From Bacteroidales bacterium (lineage in GTDB: Bacteria; Bacteroidota; Bacteroidia; Bacteroidales; UBA1556), in contig JAGLDA010000004.1 of the NCBI GenBank assembly GCA_023145955.1, positions 1 through 53,638 of the forward strand: DNA of 53,638 nucleotides, given 5' to 3'. The notes beneath the pieces were generated by a model. The model was not told the origin of the DNA, ran no database searches, and saw only the letters and a program-made list of their open reading frames with translations. The position numbers and the translations under genes are program-made. Shown piece by piece: positions 27,707 to 37,962 of this stretch (its first letter is position 1; each line of letters starts with the position of its first letter).

Positions 27707-28945
27707 TTATAATTTATCAAAATCAGGGAAATTATTGTGATGATACTTGCTCACCACTTTTCCACTATTTACAATTATTAAGCCTGGATTAGACCTAATG
27801 GCAGCTTTTAAAGCTGTATCATCACTATTAAAAACCTTCAGCTCACCAATATTATTTATTTCTACAAACTCATTGAAATCTTTAGGCAAATCACTATTAA
27901 GTACAACTACTCTTAGACCATTTTTTGCAGCAATATCTACAAAGTCCTTAATATATTTTGCTGCATCTTCTCCTACTTTATCTACCTTATAAACAATAAA
28001 GATATATGTATTTCCATCATAACTAACGATCTCTTTAGATTGATCATTTCCATTAACATCAATCATAGGAAATGTATTCATATCAGAAATATTAGGATCT
28101 ATTTCGCGAGAGGACAGCCATTTCCAATCAGCCATAAATATAGAATCCTGCCATGGTAATTCTTTGCTCAAATATTCTTTAGTCTCACCAGTAAGTTTAT
28201 TTTCATAAGTAAGGTAATACTTTACAGGCTGAGGATTTTCAGGCAATAGCCTGTTTTCTACTTTCCAAGAGCGGAAGTCGATAAGTGGTAAATTATTAAT
28301 ATTATAAACTTCGAAAACGGTAAAGCCCATAACTACACCAATTAAAATATAATACTCCAATACTTTTGATTTATATTTTGCGAAGTCAGTTCTACGCATA
28401 AATACAATAACTACTAACGCATTAATTACAAGATTCTTATAGAAAGTTTGCCAGTTTGTAATTACTAGAGCATCGCCAAAGCAACCACAATCAGGTACTG
28501 GGCTATAAAGGGCATCATATAATGTAGTAATAGTAAACATTACCATCATAAAAAGACTTAGAGTACTAATATATTTAATTTTAACTCTAAACAATAAAAG
28601 TGCACCCATAGAGAATTCAACAGCATTTAATAGTACTGATAATAGTAAAGCATATGGAGCAGCCCAATCCATTCCATAGGCGAAAAAATAGTCTTCAATT
28701 TTAAATTGAGTACCCAATGGGTCTACACCTTTTACAATTCCTGAATATATAAATAAAATACCAATTAGCACTCTTCCAATATTTAGAACTACTTTATCAA
28801 TACTCTTGGAATAAAGTATAGCAAAACCAATATTACTAATTAGTAATAATAAAAACATAAGATTATAACTATCAATAATAGAAATAACATACGCACTTAT
28901 TAGAGTAATTATTAAAAATATCCAACTAATATATTTATGTTTCAT
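27707..28945 (-). CDS. MauE/DoxX-type membrane domain fused to a thioredoxin-fold-like domain (no CxxC)
   Basis: The N-terminal ~200 aa are polytopic with a PDCGCFGDAL motif, typical of MauE/DoxX. The C-terminal ~200 aa form a soluble beta-alpha domain (YIFIVYKVDK, VVVLNSD). Confidence 0.55.
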   Translation of the reverse strand: MKHKYISWIFLIITLISAYVISIIDSYNLMFLLLLISNIGFAILYSKSIDKVVLNIGRVLIGILFIYSGIVKGVDPLGTQFKIEDYFFAYGMDWAAPYALLLSVLLNAVEFSMGALLLFRVKIKYISTLSLFMMVMFTITTLYDALYSPVPDCGCFGDALVITNWQTFYKNLVINALVVIVFMRRTDFAKYKSKVLEYYILIGVVMGFTVFEVYNINNLPLIDFRSWKVENRLLPENPQPVKYYLTYENKLTGETKEYLSKELPWQDSIFMADWKWLSSREIDPNISDMNTFPMIDVNGNDQSKEIVSYDGNTYIFIVYKVDKVGEDAAKYIKDFVDIAAKNGLRVVVLNSDLPKDFNEFVEINNIGELKVFNSDDTALKAAIRSNPGLIIVNSGKVVSKYHHNNFPDFDKL

Positions 28946-28954
28946 AATCCTAAC

Positions 28955-29503
28955 TTATTCTTTTTCCGAAATTTTAATTAACGCAAACATCGCATAGTTA
29001 ATCATATCATTATAACTGCCTTCTGGGCCTTCAGAAATAATAGTCTTACCTTTATTATCTTCAATTTGTTTCAATCTAAGTAATTTCATAAGAATTATAT
29101 CTGTTAAAGAAGAAATACGCATATCACGCCATGCTTCACCATAGTCATGATTTTTATTCAGCATTAAATCTCTAGCAGCATTAATATACTTGATGTATAG
29201 ATTTATCACTTCATCCGTAGGCATTTTAATATCTTCTGAATTTTTAGGTTGATGATATAGTTGAATTAACGCCATTACAGAATAATTAACTATAGCAATA
29301 AACTCATCACGAATATCTTCTTGTATTTTTTGCTCTCCTTTTTCCTCAATACTACGAATTCTATTTGCTTTAATAAAAATTTGATCCGTTAAACTAGAAG
29401 TTCGCAATATTCGCCATGCAGTACCATAATCTTTAGTCTTCTTGCTAAAAATGCCACTACATAACTCTATATTATCATTAAATTGTTTCTCTGTTTTTGT
29501 CAT
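28955..29503 (-). CDS. DUF1599-like protein with internal duplication
   Basis: Two copies of the same module: KDYGTAWRILRTSSLTDQIFIKANRIRSIE and HDYGEAWRDMRISSLTDIILMKLLRLKQIE. Confidence 0.6.
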   Translation of the reverse strand: MTKTEKQFNDNIELCSGIFSKKTKDYGTAWRILRTSSLTDQIFIKANRIRSIEEKGEQKIQEDIRDEFIAIVNYSVMALIQLYHQPKNSEDIKMPTDEVINLYIKYINAARDLMLNKNHDYGEAWRDMRISSLTDIILMKLLRLKQIEDNKGKTIISEGPEGSYNDMINYAMFALIKISEKE

Positions 29504-29648
29504 TCTATATTATCTTGATTTAATAAATGCTAAAGTAAAAAAATATGTCTTAATAATAAAATTCATTTATACAAAAAAACACCTTAAATAATGGGAAAAA
29601 TTCCAATATTTAGGGTGTTTGTATTTCATGCTAATATCATATCTAATT

Positions 29649-30203
29649 TTATAGTTTATTATCAGAATTATTTTTAGCTTCCATTTCCTTAATAATTTGC
29701 TCAGGAGTTTTTCCCAAAGTGGCCTTATAAGCTTTTGCATTGTCAATAATATCACTATCTGGATATTCGGCTATAAGCTCATCAATAACTTCTGCAGCTT
29801 TCTGCCAGCGATGCATTCTATCATCCAATATAAATGCCTTAAACTGTAGTGCTTCTGGCGCTTTATCAGCTTTGGGGTACCAGGCAACAAAAGTATCTAA
29901 ATTAGCTATTGCCTCAGGTGCTAAACCAATGCCTAAGTTTACTTGTGCACATTCAAACAAATATGTTTTTGTAATACTATCGTTAGGAAAAGCATATGCA
30001 TAATCTGTATATTTCTTTATAATACGCTTTGCAATAAGATCATTTTCTGTATTTGATATTCCTTGATTTAATATACTTTTCAGCGAATCAATTTGATGTA
30101 CGGTAACATCTTTCGAGATAGCTGTTTCTAATGTAGTATTATTATTACATGAGAATAATAATGTAGAAAAAGCAAATAAAACTATAAAATTTAATTTATT
30201 CAT
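29649..30203 (-). CDS. TPR-like lipoprotein
   Basis: MNKLNFIVLFAFSTLLFSC lipobox, followed by a helical-repeat body (YAFPNDSITKTYLFECAQV, WYPKADKAPEALQFKAFIL). Confidence 0.55.
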   Translation of the reverse strand: MNKLNFIVLFAFSTLLFSCNNNTTLETAISKDVTVHQIDSLKSILNQGISNTENDLIAKRIIKKYTDYAYAFPNDSITKTYLFECAQVNLGIGLAPEAIANLDTFVAWYPKADKAPEALQFKAFILDDRMHRWQKAAEVIDELIAEYPDSDIIDNAKAYKATLGKTPEQIIKEMEAKNNSDNKL

Positions 30204-30224
30204 TATCTTAATATTTAATTAATA

Positions 30225-30794
30225 TTATCTTTTTTTCTTTAATTTTGGGAAAATCATCCTATAATCGACCTTAACTTTTCCTTTAGAGATATCATTTAAT
30301 TTCCCTTTCAGCATTGTTTTTCTTAATCCCGAAAGGTGATCAACAAATAGTTTACCCTCTAAATGATCATATTCATGCTGAATTACTCTAGCTATTACAC
30401 CATCGAACTCTTTATCCTGAAACTCCCAGTTAGCATCATAATATTGAATTCTAATATTAGGGCTGCGCATAACGTCCTCATTAATACCTGGCACACTCAA
30501 GCAACCCTCAGCAAAAGGCCATTTATCTCCTGATTCTTCAATCATTTTAGCATTAATAAAAACCTCTTTAAACTCAATTTCAGTTGCTGCCTCTTCAGAA
30601 AAAGGGGTAGCATCAATAGTGAAAAGTCTAATAGATTTATTGATTTGAGGTGCTGCTAAACCTACACCATTACTAATATACATACTTTCGTACATAGATT
30701 CAATTAAGTTATCCAAATCCGGATAATCCTTATCAATATCTACTGCAATTTTTCGCAGATTAGGATGCCCAAAAGCAACTATAGGAAATACCAT
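30225..30794 (-). CDS. def: peptide deformylase
   Basis: GVGLAAPQI, EGCLSVPG and QHEYDHLEG motifs. Confidence 0.92.
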   Translation of the reverse strand: MVFPIVAFGHPNLRKIAVDIDKDYPDLDNLIESMYESMYISNGVGLAAPQINKSIRLFTIDATPFSEEAATEIEFKEVFINAKMIEESGDKWPFAEGCLSVPGINEDVMRSPNIRIQYYDANWEFQDKEFDGVIARVIQHEYDHLEGKLFVDHLSGLRKTMLKGKLNDISKGKVKVDYRMIFPKLKKKR

Positions 30795-30833
30795 TATATT
30801 TTATTTTATAATATTCTATTTTATTCTCATCAT

Positions 30834-31244
30834 TTAAAGTGTACTTAAGTAAGATTGTAGAATAATAGTAGCACTTATTTTATCAATAAGCTCTTTATTT
30901 CTTCTAGCTTTCTTACCAATTCCACTTTCTATCATAGTTTGAAAAGCCATTTGAGAAGTAAACCTTTCATCAATTCTTTCTATTCTTTTATTAGGAAAAG
31001 TATTCTTTAGCCAACTTACAAAATTTTCGACAAAAGGTGTAGATTCCGAAGGGGTATTGTTTAACGTAACTGGCAAACCAACAACAAAGGTATCCACATC
31101 ATTCTCAGAAACATACTTCTTTACATAATCATGAATATCTTTTACAAGAATTGTATCCAATCCATGAGCTGCAATATTAAGTTCATCAGTTACAGCAAGG
31201 CCAATTCTTTTTTGCCCATAATCAATTGCCAATATCCGTCCCAT
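30834..31244 (-). CDS. ruvX: YqgF/RuvX putative pre-16S rRNA nuclease / Holliday junction resolvase-like
   Basis: ILAIDYGQKRIGLAV N-terminus, 136 aa, ERFTS motif. Confidence 0.85.
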   Translation of the reverse strand: MGRILAIDYGQKRIGLAVTDELNIAAHGLDTILVKDIHDYVKKYVSENDVDTFVVGLPVTLNNTPSESTPFVENFVSWLKNTFPNKRIERIDERFTSQMAFQTMIESGIGKKARRNKELIDKISATIILQSYLSTL

Positions 31245-31249
31245 AATTA

Positions 31250-32008
31250 TTAGAAAGAATTAGCGATAGCAATAAAGTCTTTTGCAACTAATGAAGCACC
31301 GCCAATAAGTCCACCATCAACATCCGTATTAGAAAATAATTCTTTTGCATTTTTAGCATTACAACTTCCACCATAAAGAATAGAAGTTTCTTCTGCCAAT
31401 TCAGTACCATATTTCTCAGAAATAACACCACGAATAAAGGCATGCATTTCTTGTGCTTGCTCTGGGCTAGCAGTAACACCTGTTCCTATTGCCCAAACAG
31501 GCTCATATGCAACCACAATATTAGAAAACTCACTTGGTGATAAGTGAAATAATCCTTCTGAAATTTGTTTTTTAACTATTTCAAAATGCTTATCAGCTTC
31601 TCGTTCTTCTAATTGCTCACCAATACAGAAAATAGGCTCAATACCAAACTCCAATAAATTATTTACTTTGTTAGCTAATTGTTCTGAGGTTTCAGCAAAA
31701 TACTTTCTTCGTTCACTATGGCCAATTATACAAAATTCAACATCAACAGAGCTTAACATCTCTACAGATATCTCGCCAGTATATGCACCAGATTTATGTT
31801 CAGAAACATTTTGAACACCAATTTTAATCTCACTAGCATCAGCAAAATCAGTAGCCAACTCTAAGTATAATGATGGTGGACATATTACCAACTGAACATT
31901 ATCAATAGGGTTATTATTCAATTCGTCAGTAATTTGATATAAAAGCTCATCTGCCTCATCAAATTTCTTATTCATTTTCCAATTTCCAGCAACAATTTTT
32001 GATCTCAT
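31250..32008 (-). CDS. tpiA: triosephosphate isomerase
   Basis: AGNWKMN, IGHSERR, AYEPVWAIGTG and GGASL motifs. The ORF-track N-terminus (to 32059) adds 17 aa, so the ATG at 32008 (MRSKIVAGNWKMN) is preferred. Confidence 0.9.
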   Translation of the reverse strand: MRSKIVAGNWKMNKKFDEADELLYQITDELNNNPIDNVQLVICPPSLYLELATDFADASEIKIGVQNVSEHKSGAYTGEISVEMLSSVDVEFCIIGHSERRKYFAETSEQLANKVNNLLEFGIEPIFCIGEQLEEREADKHFEIVKKQISEGLFHLSPSEFSNIVVAYEPVWAIGTGVTASPEQAQEMHAFIRGVISEKYGTELAEETSILYGGSCNAKNAKELFSNTDVDGGLIGGASLVAKDFIAIANSF

Positions 32009-32215
32009 ATTATTTGGGGTTACTTGATTAATAATCTCATTTTTAACAACTAAGCTCAATTCAATTATGATATTTAATGAGTTGTAACTAATGTTTTTTA
32101 CTATAAATACAAAAGTAATACTAATACGGTGATTTTAACTACTTTTTTTGTGAAATATTCTAAATATTTTAACTAAAAAAGTAATACTTATTGAATCATA
32201 AAAGAAAATGTATAG

Positions 32216-32253
32216 AAACAAAAAAAGGTTATTTGACTAGTCAAACAACCTTT
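32216..32253 (-). terminator. rho-independent terminator ending the bamA-skp-skp transcription unit
   Basis: aaaggttatttgac / gtcaaacaaccttt stem (1 mismatch), followed on the minus strand by TTTTTTGTTT. Confidence 0.65.
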
Positions 32254-32272
32254 ATAATATTGTAGTATAAAA

Positions 32273-32812
32273 CTATTGTCCTAAAGAAGGCATAGATTTA
32301 TCTTTTAAGTTCATTTTTTTCTTTACCAAAGGAAGAATATCTGATGAATCTTCATAATAAAGAACTTGCTCTTGTGAATTATTAATAATATGAGTAAATC
32401 CATGCTCTTTAGCAACATCTTTTATTGCAGTTCTAATTTCATCAAGCAATGGCTCTATTTGTGATTTCTCAAAAGCGTCTAATTCTGCAGGTGCTCCCTG
32501 TTGAATCCTTTCAATTCTATTTTTCATATCAATTAATCCTTCTTCCAAAGCACTATTTATGATATCTGTATTTTGAGCTCTAGTTTGCTCTAACTCTTGT
32601 GCTTTACGCTGGTACTCTGCTACCATAGTTTGCAAATCTCTTTGAATAGATGTGTACTTAGATTGATAAGCCACTTGTAAAGAATCATACCTTGGCATTA
32701 AAACCAAAATTTCACCGATGTTTACAACTCCTATTTTAGTTTTTTGGGCATTTACACTAAATGCAGAAAATACAATTATTAATAATACTGCTAAAATTTT
32801 TACTTTTTTCAT
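32273..32812 (-). CDS. skp: OmpH/Skp-family periplasmic chaperone (copy 2)
   Basis: Signal peptide, 179 aa, coiled-coil Q/E/K-rich body. Located downstream of bamA. Confidence 0.75.
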   Translation of the reverse strand: MKKVKILAVLLIIVFSAFSVNAQKTKIGVVNIGEILVLMPRYDSLQVAYQSKYTSIQRDLQTMVAEYQRKAQELEQTRAQNTDIINSALEEGLIDMKNRIERIQQGAPAELDAFEKSQIEPLLDEIRTAIKDVAKEHGFTHIINNSQEQVLYYEDSSDILPLVKKKMNLKDKSMPSLGQ

Positions 32813-32951
32813 TTTAATAAATTGGGTAGAAATGTAACGACCACTTTGTTACTATTTTCCACAAGATTAATAATTAATATATTTGGTGGTCTAAAAAAAT
32901 ATTCTAAAAATCAGTTGGCAAAGCTAATAAAAATTATCCTTAATAAAGCTA

Positions 32952-33509
32952 CTATCTTTTCCTTGTTGAATTTTCTTTAGGTGAGGATGAACTGCCTGGG
33001 CTATAACCTAAATCTTCAAGTATTTCATCACTTTTATCATAACGCTCATTAGCATACAAAATACTTAAACTTCCTGACCTATCAAATATTATTGCATATC
33101 CGCGTTGGTCAGCCATAGTTTTTATTGCATTAAAGATATTGTCCTGCAATGGTTTTATCAGTTCCTGACGTTTTTTAAACAAATCGCCATCCTTGCCAAA
33201 TCTTTGTTTCTTTAATTCTCTAAGGCTCTTTTCTTTTTGAAAGATCTCATCTTCGCGTTGTTTCTTTATATCTTCCGGAAGTAAAACAGCATCTGTTTGG
33301 TATGCTTTAAATAATCTATCAATTTCTCCAATCTTATCCTCAATCTCTGTTTGCCATTTTTTTGATAAATCATCAAGTTGATTTTGAGACATTTTGTATT
33401 CAGGAATATTATCTAAAATATATTGCGTATCAACATAAGCAAACTTTTGAGCTTGAGCTCCAATTCCAATTCCAAATAATAATAGTATTGCTAATAAACC
33501 TTTTTTCAT
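32952..33509 (-). CDS. skp: OmpH/Skp-family periplasmic chaperone (copy 1)
   Basis: Signal peptide MKKGLLAILLLFGIGIGAQA. FAYVDTQYILDNIPEY is a typical OmpH start. Coiled-coil body. Confidence 0.8.
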   Translation of the reverse strand: MKKGLLAILLLFGIGIGAQAQKFAYVDTQYILDNIPEYKMSQNQLDDLSKKWQTEIEDKIGEIDRLFKAYQTDAVLLPEDIKKQREDEIFQKEKSLRELKKQRFGKDGDLFKKRQELIKPLQDNIFNAIKTMADQRGYAIIFDRSGSLSILYANERYDKSDEILEDLGYSPGSSSSPKENSTRKR

Positions 33510-33656
33510 AAATATATATATTTTAGCGGTGATATGGAATGCCCATTATAATCATTCGCTTGTGTTTTAAATTACCTATTGTGGTCGTTAATGTTTTTTT
33601 TGTATTAAATTTAATAAAGCTACACTATAACAATAAGTGTTCCAAAAAAATAAATC

Positions 33657-36149
33657 TTAATCAATAGAACCATTCATAGAAAAGTGGAATTGAGTACCAG
33701 CCATACCTGGGAATCCAGGAATAGGGTCAAAACCATAAGCCCAATCAAGCCCTAATAAACCAAACATTGGAAGGTAAATTCTGGCACCTACTCCAGCAGA
33801 GCGATGAACATCATAAGGGTTAAACATATTTAAGGTAGCCCAAGAATTACCTGCCTCAACAAATCCTAGTACATATACTGTAGCCATGGGATTTGTAGAA
33901 ATTGGATAACGTAATTCCATAGTATACTTTGTATAAACAGTTGCTCCATTTGCTGGCGAAAGTGAATTATTAGTATAACCACGCATACCTATAAGCTCTC
34001 TTCCGTCTAATGAATAACCACTTAGTCCATCACCACCCAAATAAAATCTCTCAAATGGTGAATAACCAATATCTTCATTATAATAACCTAAGAAACCAAA
34101 TTTTGCTCTTGCATGTAGCACTAGTTTACGCTCAGCACTTGACTTTCCGAAATAAGTAAAAAAAGAGAATTTAACTTTAATTTTATAATATTCAATCCAG
34201 TTAAACTTTTCAGAATCCTCCATATGAGTATAGTCTTTATTATTTAATAAACTATAAGGAGGTGTAAATTGAACACTTGTAGATATATCAGAACCACTTG
34301 TTGGATATATTGGTGCATCAACAGAATTTCTACTTAATGCAACAGTATAAGACAAGTTATTTGAGTTACCATTATCAAAACTAAATACTCTAGCATAATT
34401 GTTAAGATTATAATTCTGAATACTTATGCTTTGGTATAATTGAAAATAATCATCAGGCCATTGTAATCTTTTACCCAAACCAACAGTAACTCCAGAAATA
34501 GTAATTGCTGATCTATTTGGAGCACCTTTAGGCTGACCATTTGTTTGTACAGATTGATATGCAGAAACAGACAGTGCCATAGGTTTTTTGCCTCCTAACC
34601 AAGGCTCAGTAAATGAAGCACTATACGATTGATAGTAAATACCATTAGATTGAATTCTTAAACTAAGCTTCTGACCATCTCCCGAAGGAATTGGACGCCA
34701 CGATTTCTTATCACCAACACCCTTTAATGAGAAATTATTAAAAGAAACTCCTACAGTTCCAATAAGAGCACCCATACCCCAACCTAGCGACATTTCAATT
34801 TGATCAGAAGATGTTTCTTCAACTATATACTCAATATCTACTGTTCCATCAGCTGGGTTTGGCTTTGGATTTACATTAAGTTTTTGTGGATCAAAATATT
34901 GCAATTGTGCCAATTCTCTCTGGGTACGTATAATATCAGCTCTATTGAATAGCTGCCCTGGTTTAGTTCTAATCTCTCTAAGAATTACATTATCATGAGT
35001 CTTAGTATTACCTTTTATAGTTACACTACTTACAATAGCTTGTTTTCCTTCATAAATCCTTATCTCTAAATCAATTGTATCGCCTTTAATCTTGCTTTCA
35101 ACTGGTGTAATAGACGAAAATAAATAACCTTGATTCATATATAATGAATGTACATCACCTTTCTCCATATCCATAAAAAGACGAGTTTCAAGCATCTCTC
35201 TATCATATACATCTCCTGTTTTAATTCTAAGTACAGCATTTAAAACACTCGTATTATATTTAGTGTTACCAACCCAGTTAATTTCACCAAAATAAAATCG
35301 TGTTCCTTCATTAATATTTACGTAAACATCTACAAGTTTATCATTTATCTTTACTATACTATCACTAATAATTCGTGCATCTCTATAACCTTCTTTATTA
35401 TAAAAAGCCATAACTGATTGCATATCACCATCAAAATCATTTTTTATATACTTTGATTTCTTCCATACACGGTACCAGCGCTTTTCTTTTGTTTCTTTCA
35501 TTTTCATCTTTAGTTCTTCTGAATCAACATCCGATGAACCGACTATATGAATTTCGTTAATCTTTACTTTCTCATTTTTCTTAATATCAAAAATAACAGT
35601 AACCTGATTTGAAAGAATTGAATCTCTTTTTTGAATTACTTTTGTTTCTATAAAATAGAAACCTTTATCTACAAAATATTGGTTGATAATATTCTTAGAG
35701 CGTACTATCATATTCTCATTTACAGCATTGCCCCTAACTATTCCTAATTCTTCGCGCAAATCATCAGCCTCAGACTTCTTTATGTTCCTAAAACTAAATC
35801 TATTTAGTTTAGGCATTTCTATTAGTTCAATATCTAGGTATATTTTATCACCCTGAATTTTGGTATATGAGATTTTAACATCCTCAAACAATCCCTGCTT
35901 CCATAATTTCTTAATAGCTTTAGCAATATCGTCGCCAGGAATTGTGATTTTATCCCCTACAGATAAGCCAGAAATCATTATTAAAACATTATTATCAAGA
36001 TATTTAACACCACTAATGCTTATACCGCCAATAAAATATTCCTTTGGAGATGTGTAGTCAATATTGTCTTTTACTGGGCTGTCTTGCGAATATACAACTG
36101 TTGACGACAATATCAACATTAATATAATTATTAATATATTATTCTTCAT
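33657..36149 (-). CDS. bamA: outer membrane protein assembly factor BamA
   Basis: 830 aa with a signal peptide, POTRA-like repeats (I..I.I.G) and a C-terminal beta-barrel with alternating aromatic pattern (RFYLGG, GVGARIYLPMFGLLGLDWAYGF). Confidence 0.9.
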   Translation of the reverse strand: MKNNILIIILMLILSSTVVYSQDSPVKDNIDYTSPKEYFIGGISISGVKYLDNNVLIMISGLSVGDKITIPGDDIAKAIKKLWKQGLFEDVKISYTKIQGDKIYLDIELIEMPKLNRFSFRNIKKSEADDLREELGIVRGNAVNENMIVRSKNIINQYFVDKGFYFIETKVIQKRDSILSNQVTVIFDIKKNEKVKINEIHIVGSSDVDSEELKMKMKETKEKRWYRVWKKSKYIKNDFDGDMQSVMAFYNKEGYRDARIISDSIVKINDKLVDVYVNINEGTRFYFGEINWVGNTKYNTSVLNAVLRIKTGDVYDREMLETRLFMDMEKGDVHSLYMNQGYLFSSITPVESKIKGDTIDLEIRIYEGKQAIVSSVTIKGNTKTHDNVILREIRTKPGQLFNRADIIRTQRELAQLQYFDPQKLNVNPKPNPADGTVDIEYIVEETSSDQIEMSLGWGMGALIGTVGVSFNNFSLKGVGDKKSWRPIPSGDGQKLSLRIQSNGIYYQSYSASFTEPWLGGKKPMALSVSAYQSVQTNGQPKGAPNRSAITISGVTVGLGKRLQWPDDYFQLYQSISIQNYNLNNYARVFSFDNGNSNNLSYTVALSRNSVDAPIYPTSGSDISTSVQFTPPYSLLNNKDYTHMEDSEKFNWIEYYKIKVKFSFFTYFGKSSAERKLVLHARAKFGFLGYYNEDIGYSPFERFYLGGDGLSGYSLDGRELIGMRGYTNNSLSPANGATVYTKYTMELRYPISTNPMATVYVLGFVEAGNSWATLNMFNPYDVHRSAGVGARIYLPMFGLLGLDWAYGFDPIPGFPGMAGTQFHFSMNGSID

Positions 36150-36166
36150 TCTTTAGTTTTGTTGTT

Positions 36167-36898
36167 TTATAGTTGGTCACTAGTTTTGCCGAATCTTCGT
36201 TCTCTATTCTGAAAATCATAAATCGCTTCATAAAAATCATTCTTTCTTATATCTGGCCATAGCTTATCAGTAAAATACAGCTCTGCATAAGCCAATTGCC
36301 ACATCAAAAAATTACTAATCCTAAGTTCGCCACTGGTTCTAATCATCAATTCTGGATCAGGAATATCACTGGTATAAAGCTCATTACTAAAAACCTCTTC
36401 GGTAAAATCAGTTTCCGTCAATTCGTTATTTTTATATTTTATAGCTAGTTTCTTTGCAGCATTTACAATTTCGGTACGAGATCCGTAGCTTAAAGCTAAA
36501 ATAAGAGTTAATCCAGTATTTTCTGAGGTCTCGGCAACAGCTTCTCTAAGTGTCTTCTGACTAATAGAAGGCAATGATGATAAATCACCTATTGTTTGTA
36601 ATTGTATGTTATTCTTTTTTAAATCTTTAATCTCTTTTTTTATACTACTAACAAGTAGCGCCATTAAAGCATCAACTTCTGCTTTTGGTCTATTCCAATT
36701 TTCTGTAGAGAAAGCATATAGAGTAATATACTTAACGCCTAGTTCAGAACCTGCTTCTGACACTTCACGCACAGGCATAACCCCTGCTTTATGTCCTAAA
36801 GCACGTAATTTCCCATGTTTCTTTGCCCATCTCCCATTACCGTCCATAATAATGGCAACATGCTTAGGAATTCTATTTAAATCTATTTTTTCCTTCAA
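36167..36898 (-). CDS. uppS: isoprenyl transferase / undecaprenyl-diphosphate synthase
   Basis: HVAIIMDGNGRWA, YAFSTENWNRP, RTSGE.RISNFLLWQ and ERRFG motifs. Only a TTG start (36898) is available upstream of the catalytic motif. Confidence 0.9.
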   Translation of the reverse strand: MKEKIDLNRIPKHVAIIMDGNGRWAKKHGKLRALGHKAGVMPVREVSEAGSELGVKYITLYAFSTENWNRPKAEVDALMALLVSSIKKEIKDLKKNNIQLQTIGDLSSLPSISQKTLREAVAETSENTGLTLILALSYGSRTEIVNAAKKLAIKYKNNELTETDFTEEVFSNELYTSDIPDPELMIRTSGELRISNFLMWQLAYAELYFTDKLWPDIRKNDFYEAIYDFQNRERRFGKTSDQL

Positions 36899-36912
36899 AC
36901 TTTATTTCTCAA

Positions 36913-37842
36913 TTAAAAGAGTAAATACTCCTTAAAATAATTCCTTTGTTTATATGCAGGGCAACGGCTTTGCTTCTTTCCAACAATTTTAAACATCACT
37001 GTTATACCAGCAATACCATACCAGTCTTTGCCATCACCACCACGTTGTGCACCACCAGACCCCTTTGATGCCATATACACGGCAAAATCGGCTTTATTAT
37101 TTGGCACTCCATTCGGCCCTATAGAAAGATCATATCCTGCATCAATATAATCTTGCTCATTTATGCGATTGCTTAATGCTGCTGCAACAGCACCTTTTTC
37201 TGAAGCCAAAATAGATGGATCAGGATATCTCGTACTAACATCATCCAAATAATCAGTAAATGTTTTTCTTAATCCCCACTCCATGCTTAAGCTTACTCTC
37301 TTAGAAACACTCCATTTAATACCTATTCCAAAAGGAATTGCTAATGCAGCTAATTTATAAGGCTTACTATCTGGATATGCCGTTAGTCCTTGACCTTCGG
37401 TTCCTAATGGCTGTAATTCATATTCTTCTCCTCCGTAATACGTCTTTGGATTAAAGCTAAAAATATTTAACCCACCAAAAATAAAAGGAGTAAACCTATG
37501 TTTTTTACTTCCTGGCTCATACTCCAGAAAGTTAATCTCAATACCACCCTCTATATCTAGGATATGAGAATGAAAACTTAAATTCTTATATTGTTTACTT
37601 TCAGTATCATTTTTGCTATCACCATTAATTTGGCCATAATGACCGACTATTCTAACAGCAAATCTTCTGTTTATAGCGTAGCGGTATTGTAAACCAAAAT
37701 TATAGCCTGGTATGCTAAAATGAGTTGGTGTTAAATCTCCCATATAATATGAAACACCACCAAATATACCTATCTCATGATGTTGTGCATATGACCCCAA
37801 TGAAAGTAATAATGCTGCAAAAATAGTTAAGAGTTTCTTCAT
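36913..37842 (-). CDS. outer-membrane beta-barrel protein of unknown function (Bacteroidota nadK-uppS neighbour)
   Basis: Signal peptide MKKLLTIFAALLLSLGSYA, alternating hydrophobic beta-strand pattern, aromatic C-terminal residue F. Confidence 0.6.
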   Translation of the reverse strand: MKKLLTIFAALLLSLGSYAQHHEIGIFGGVSYYMGDLTPTHFSIPGYNFGLQYRYAINRRFAVRIVGHYGQINGDSKNDTESKQYKNLSFHSHILDIEGGIEINFLEYEPGSKKHRFTPFIFGGLNIFSFNPKTYYGGEEYELQPLGTEGQGLTAYPDSKPYKLAALAIPFGIGIKWSVSKRVSLSMEWGLRKTFTDYLDDVSTRYPDPSILASEKGAVAAALSNRINEQDYIDAGYDLSIGPNGVPNNKADFAVYMASKGSGGAQRGGDGKDWYGIAGITVMFKIVGKKQSRCPAYKQRNYFKEYLLF

Positions 37843-37962
37843 AGTTTTTTCAATGTGTGTTGTATTCTATAACTAATAAAATAATATATTATTGCCTATT
37901 TCAATAATTCGCAAAGGTAAAATATTTTACCATAAAAGCCAATTACATCTATCGTCTGAATA

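Noticed and set aside
29567-29755. 62-aa ORF between DUF1599 and the TPR lipoprotein
   Set aside because: It overlaps the 3-prime end of the better-supported lipoprotein gene on the same strand, and its composition is consistent with noise.
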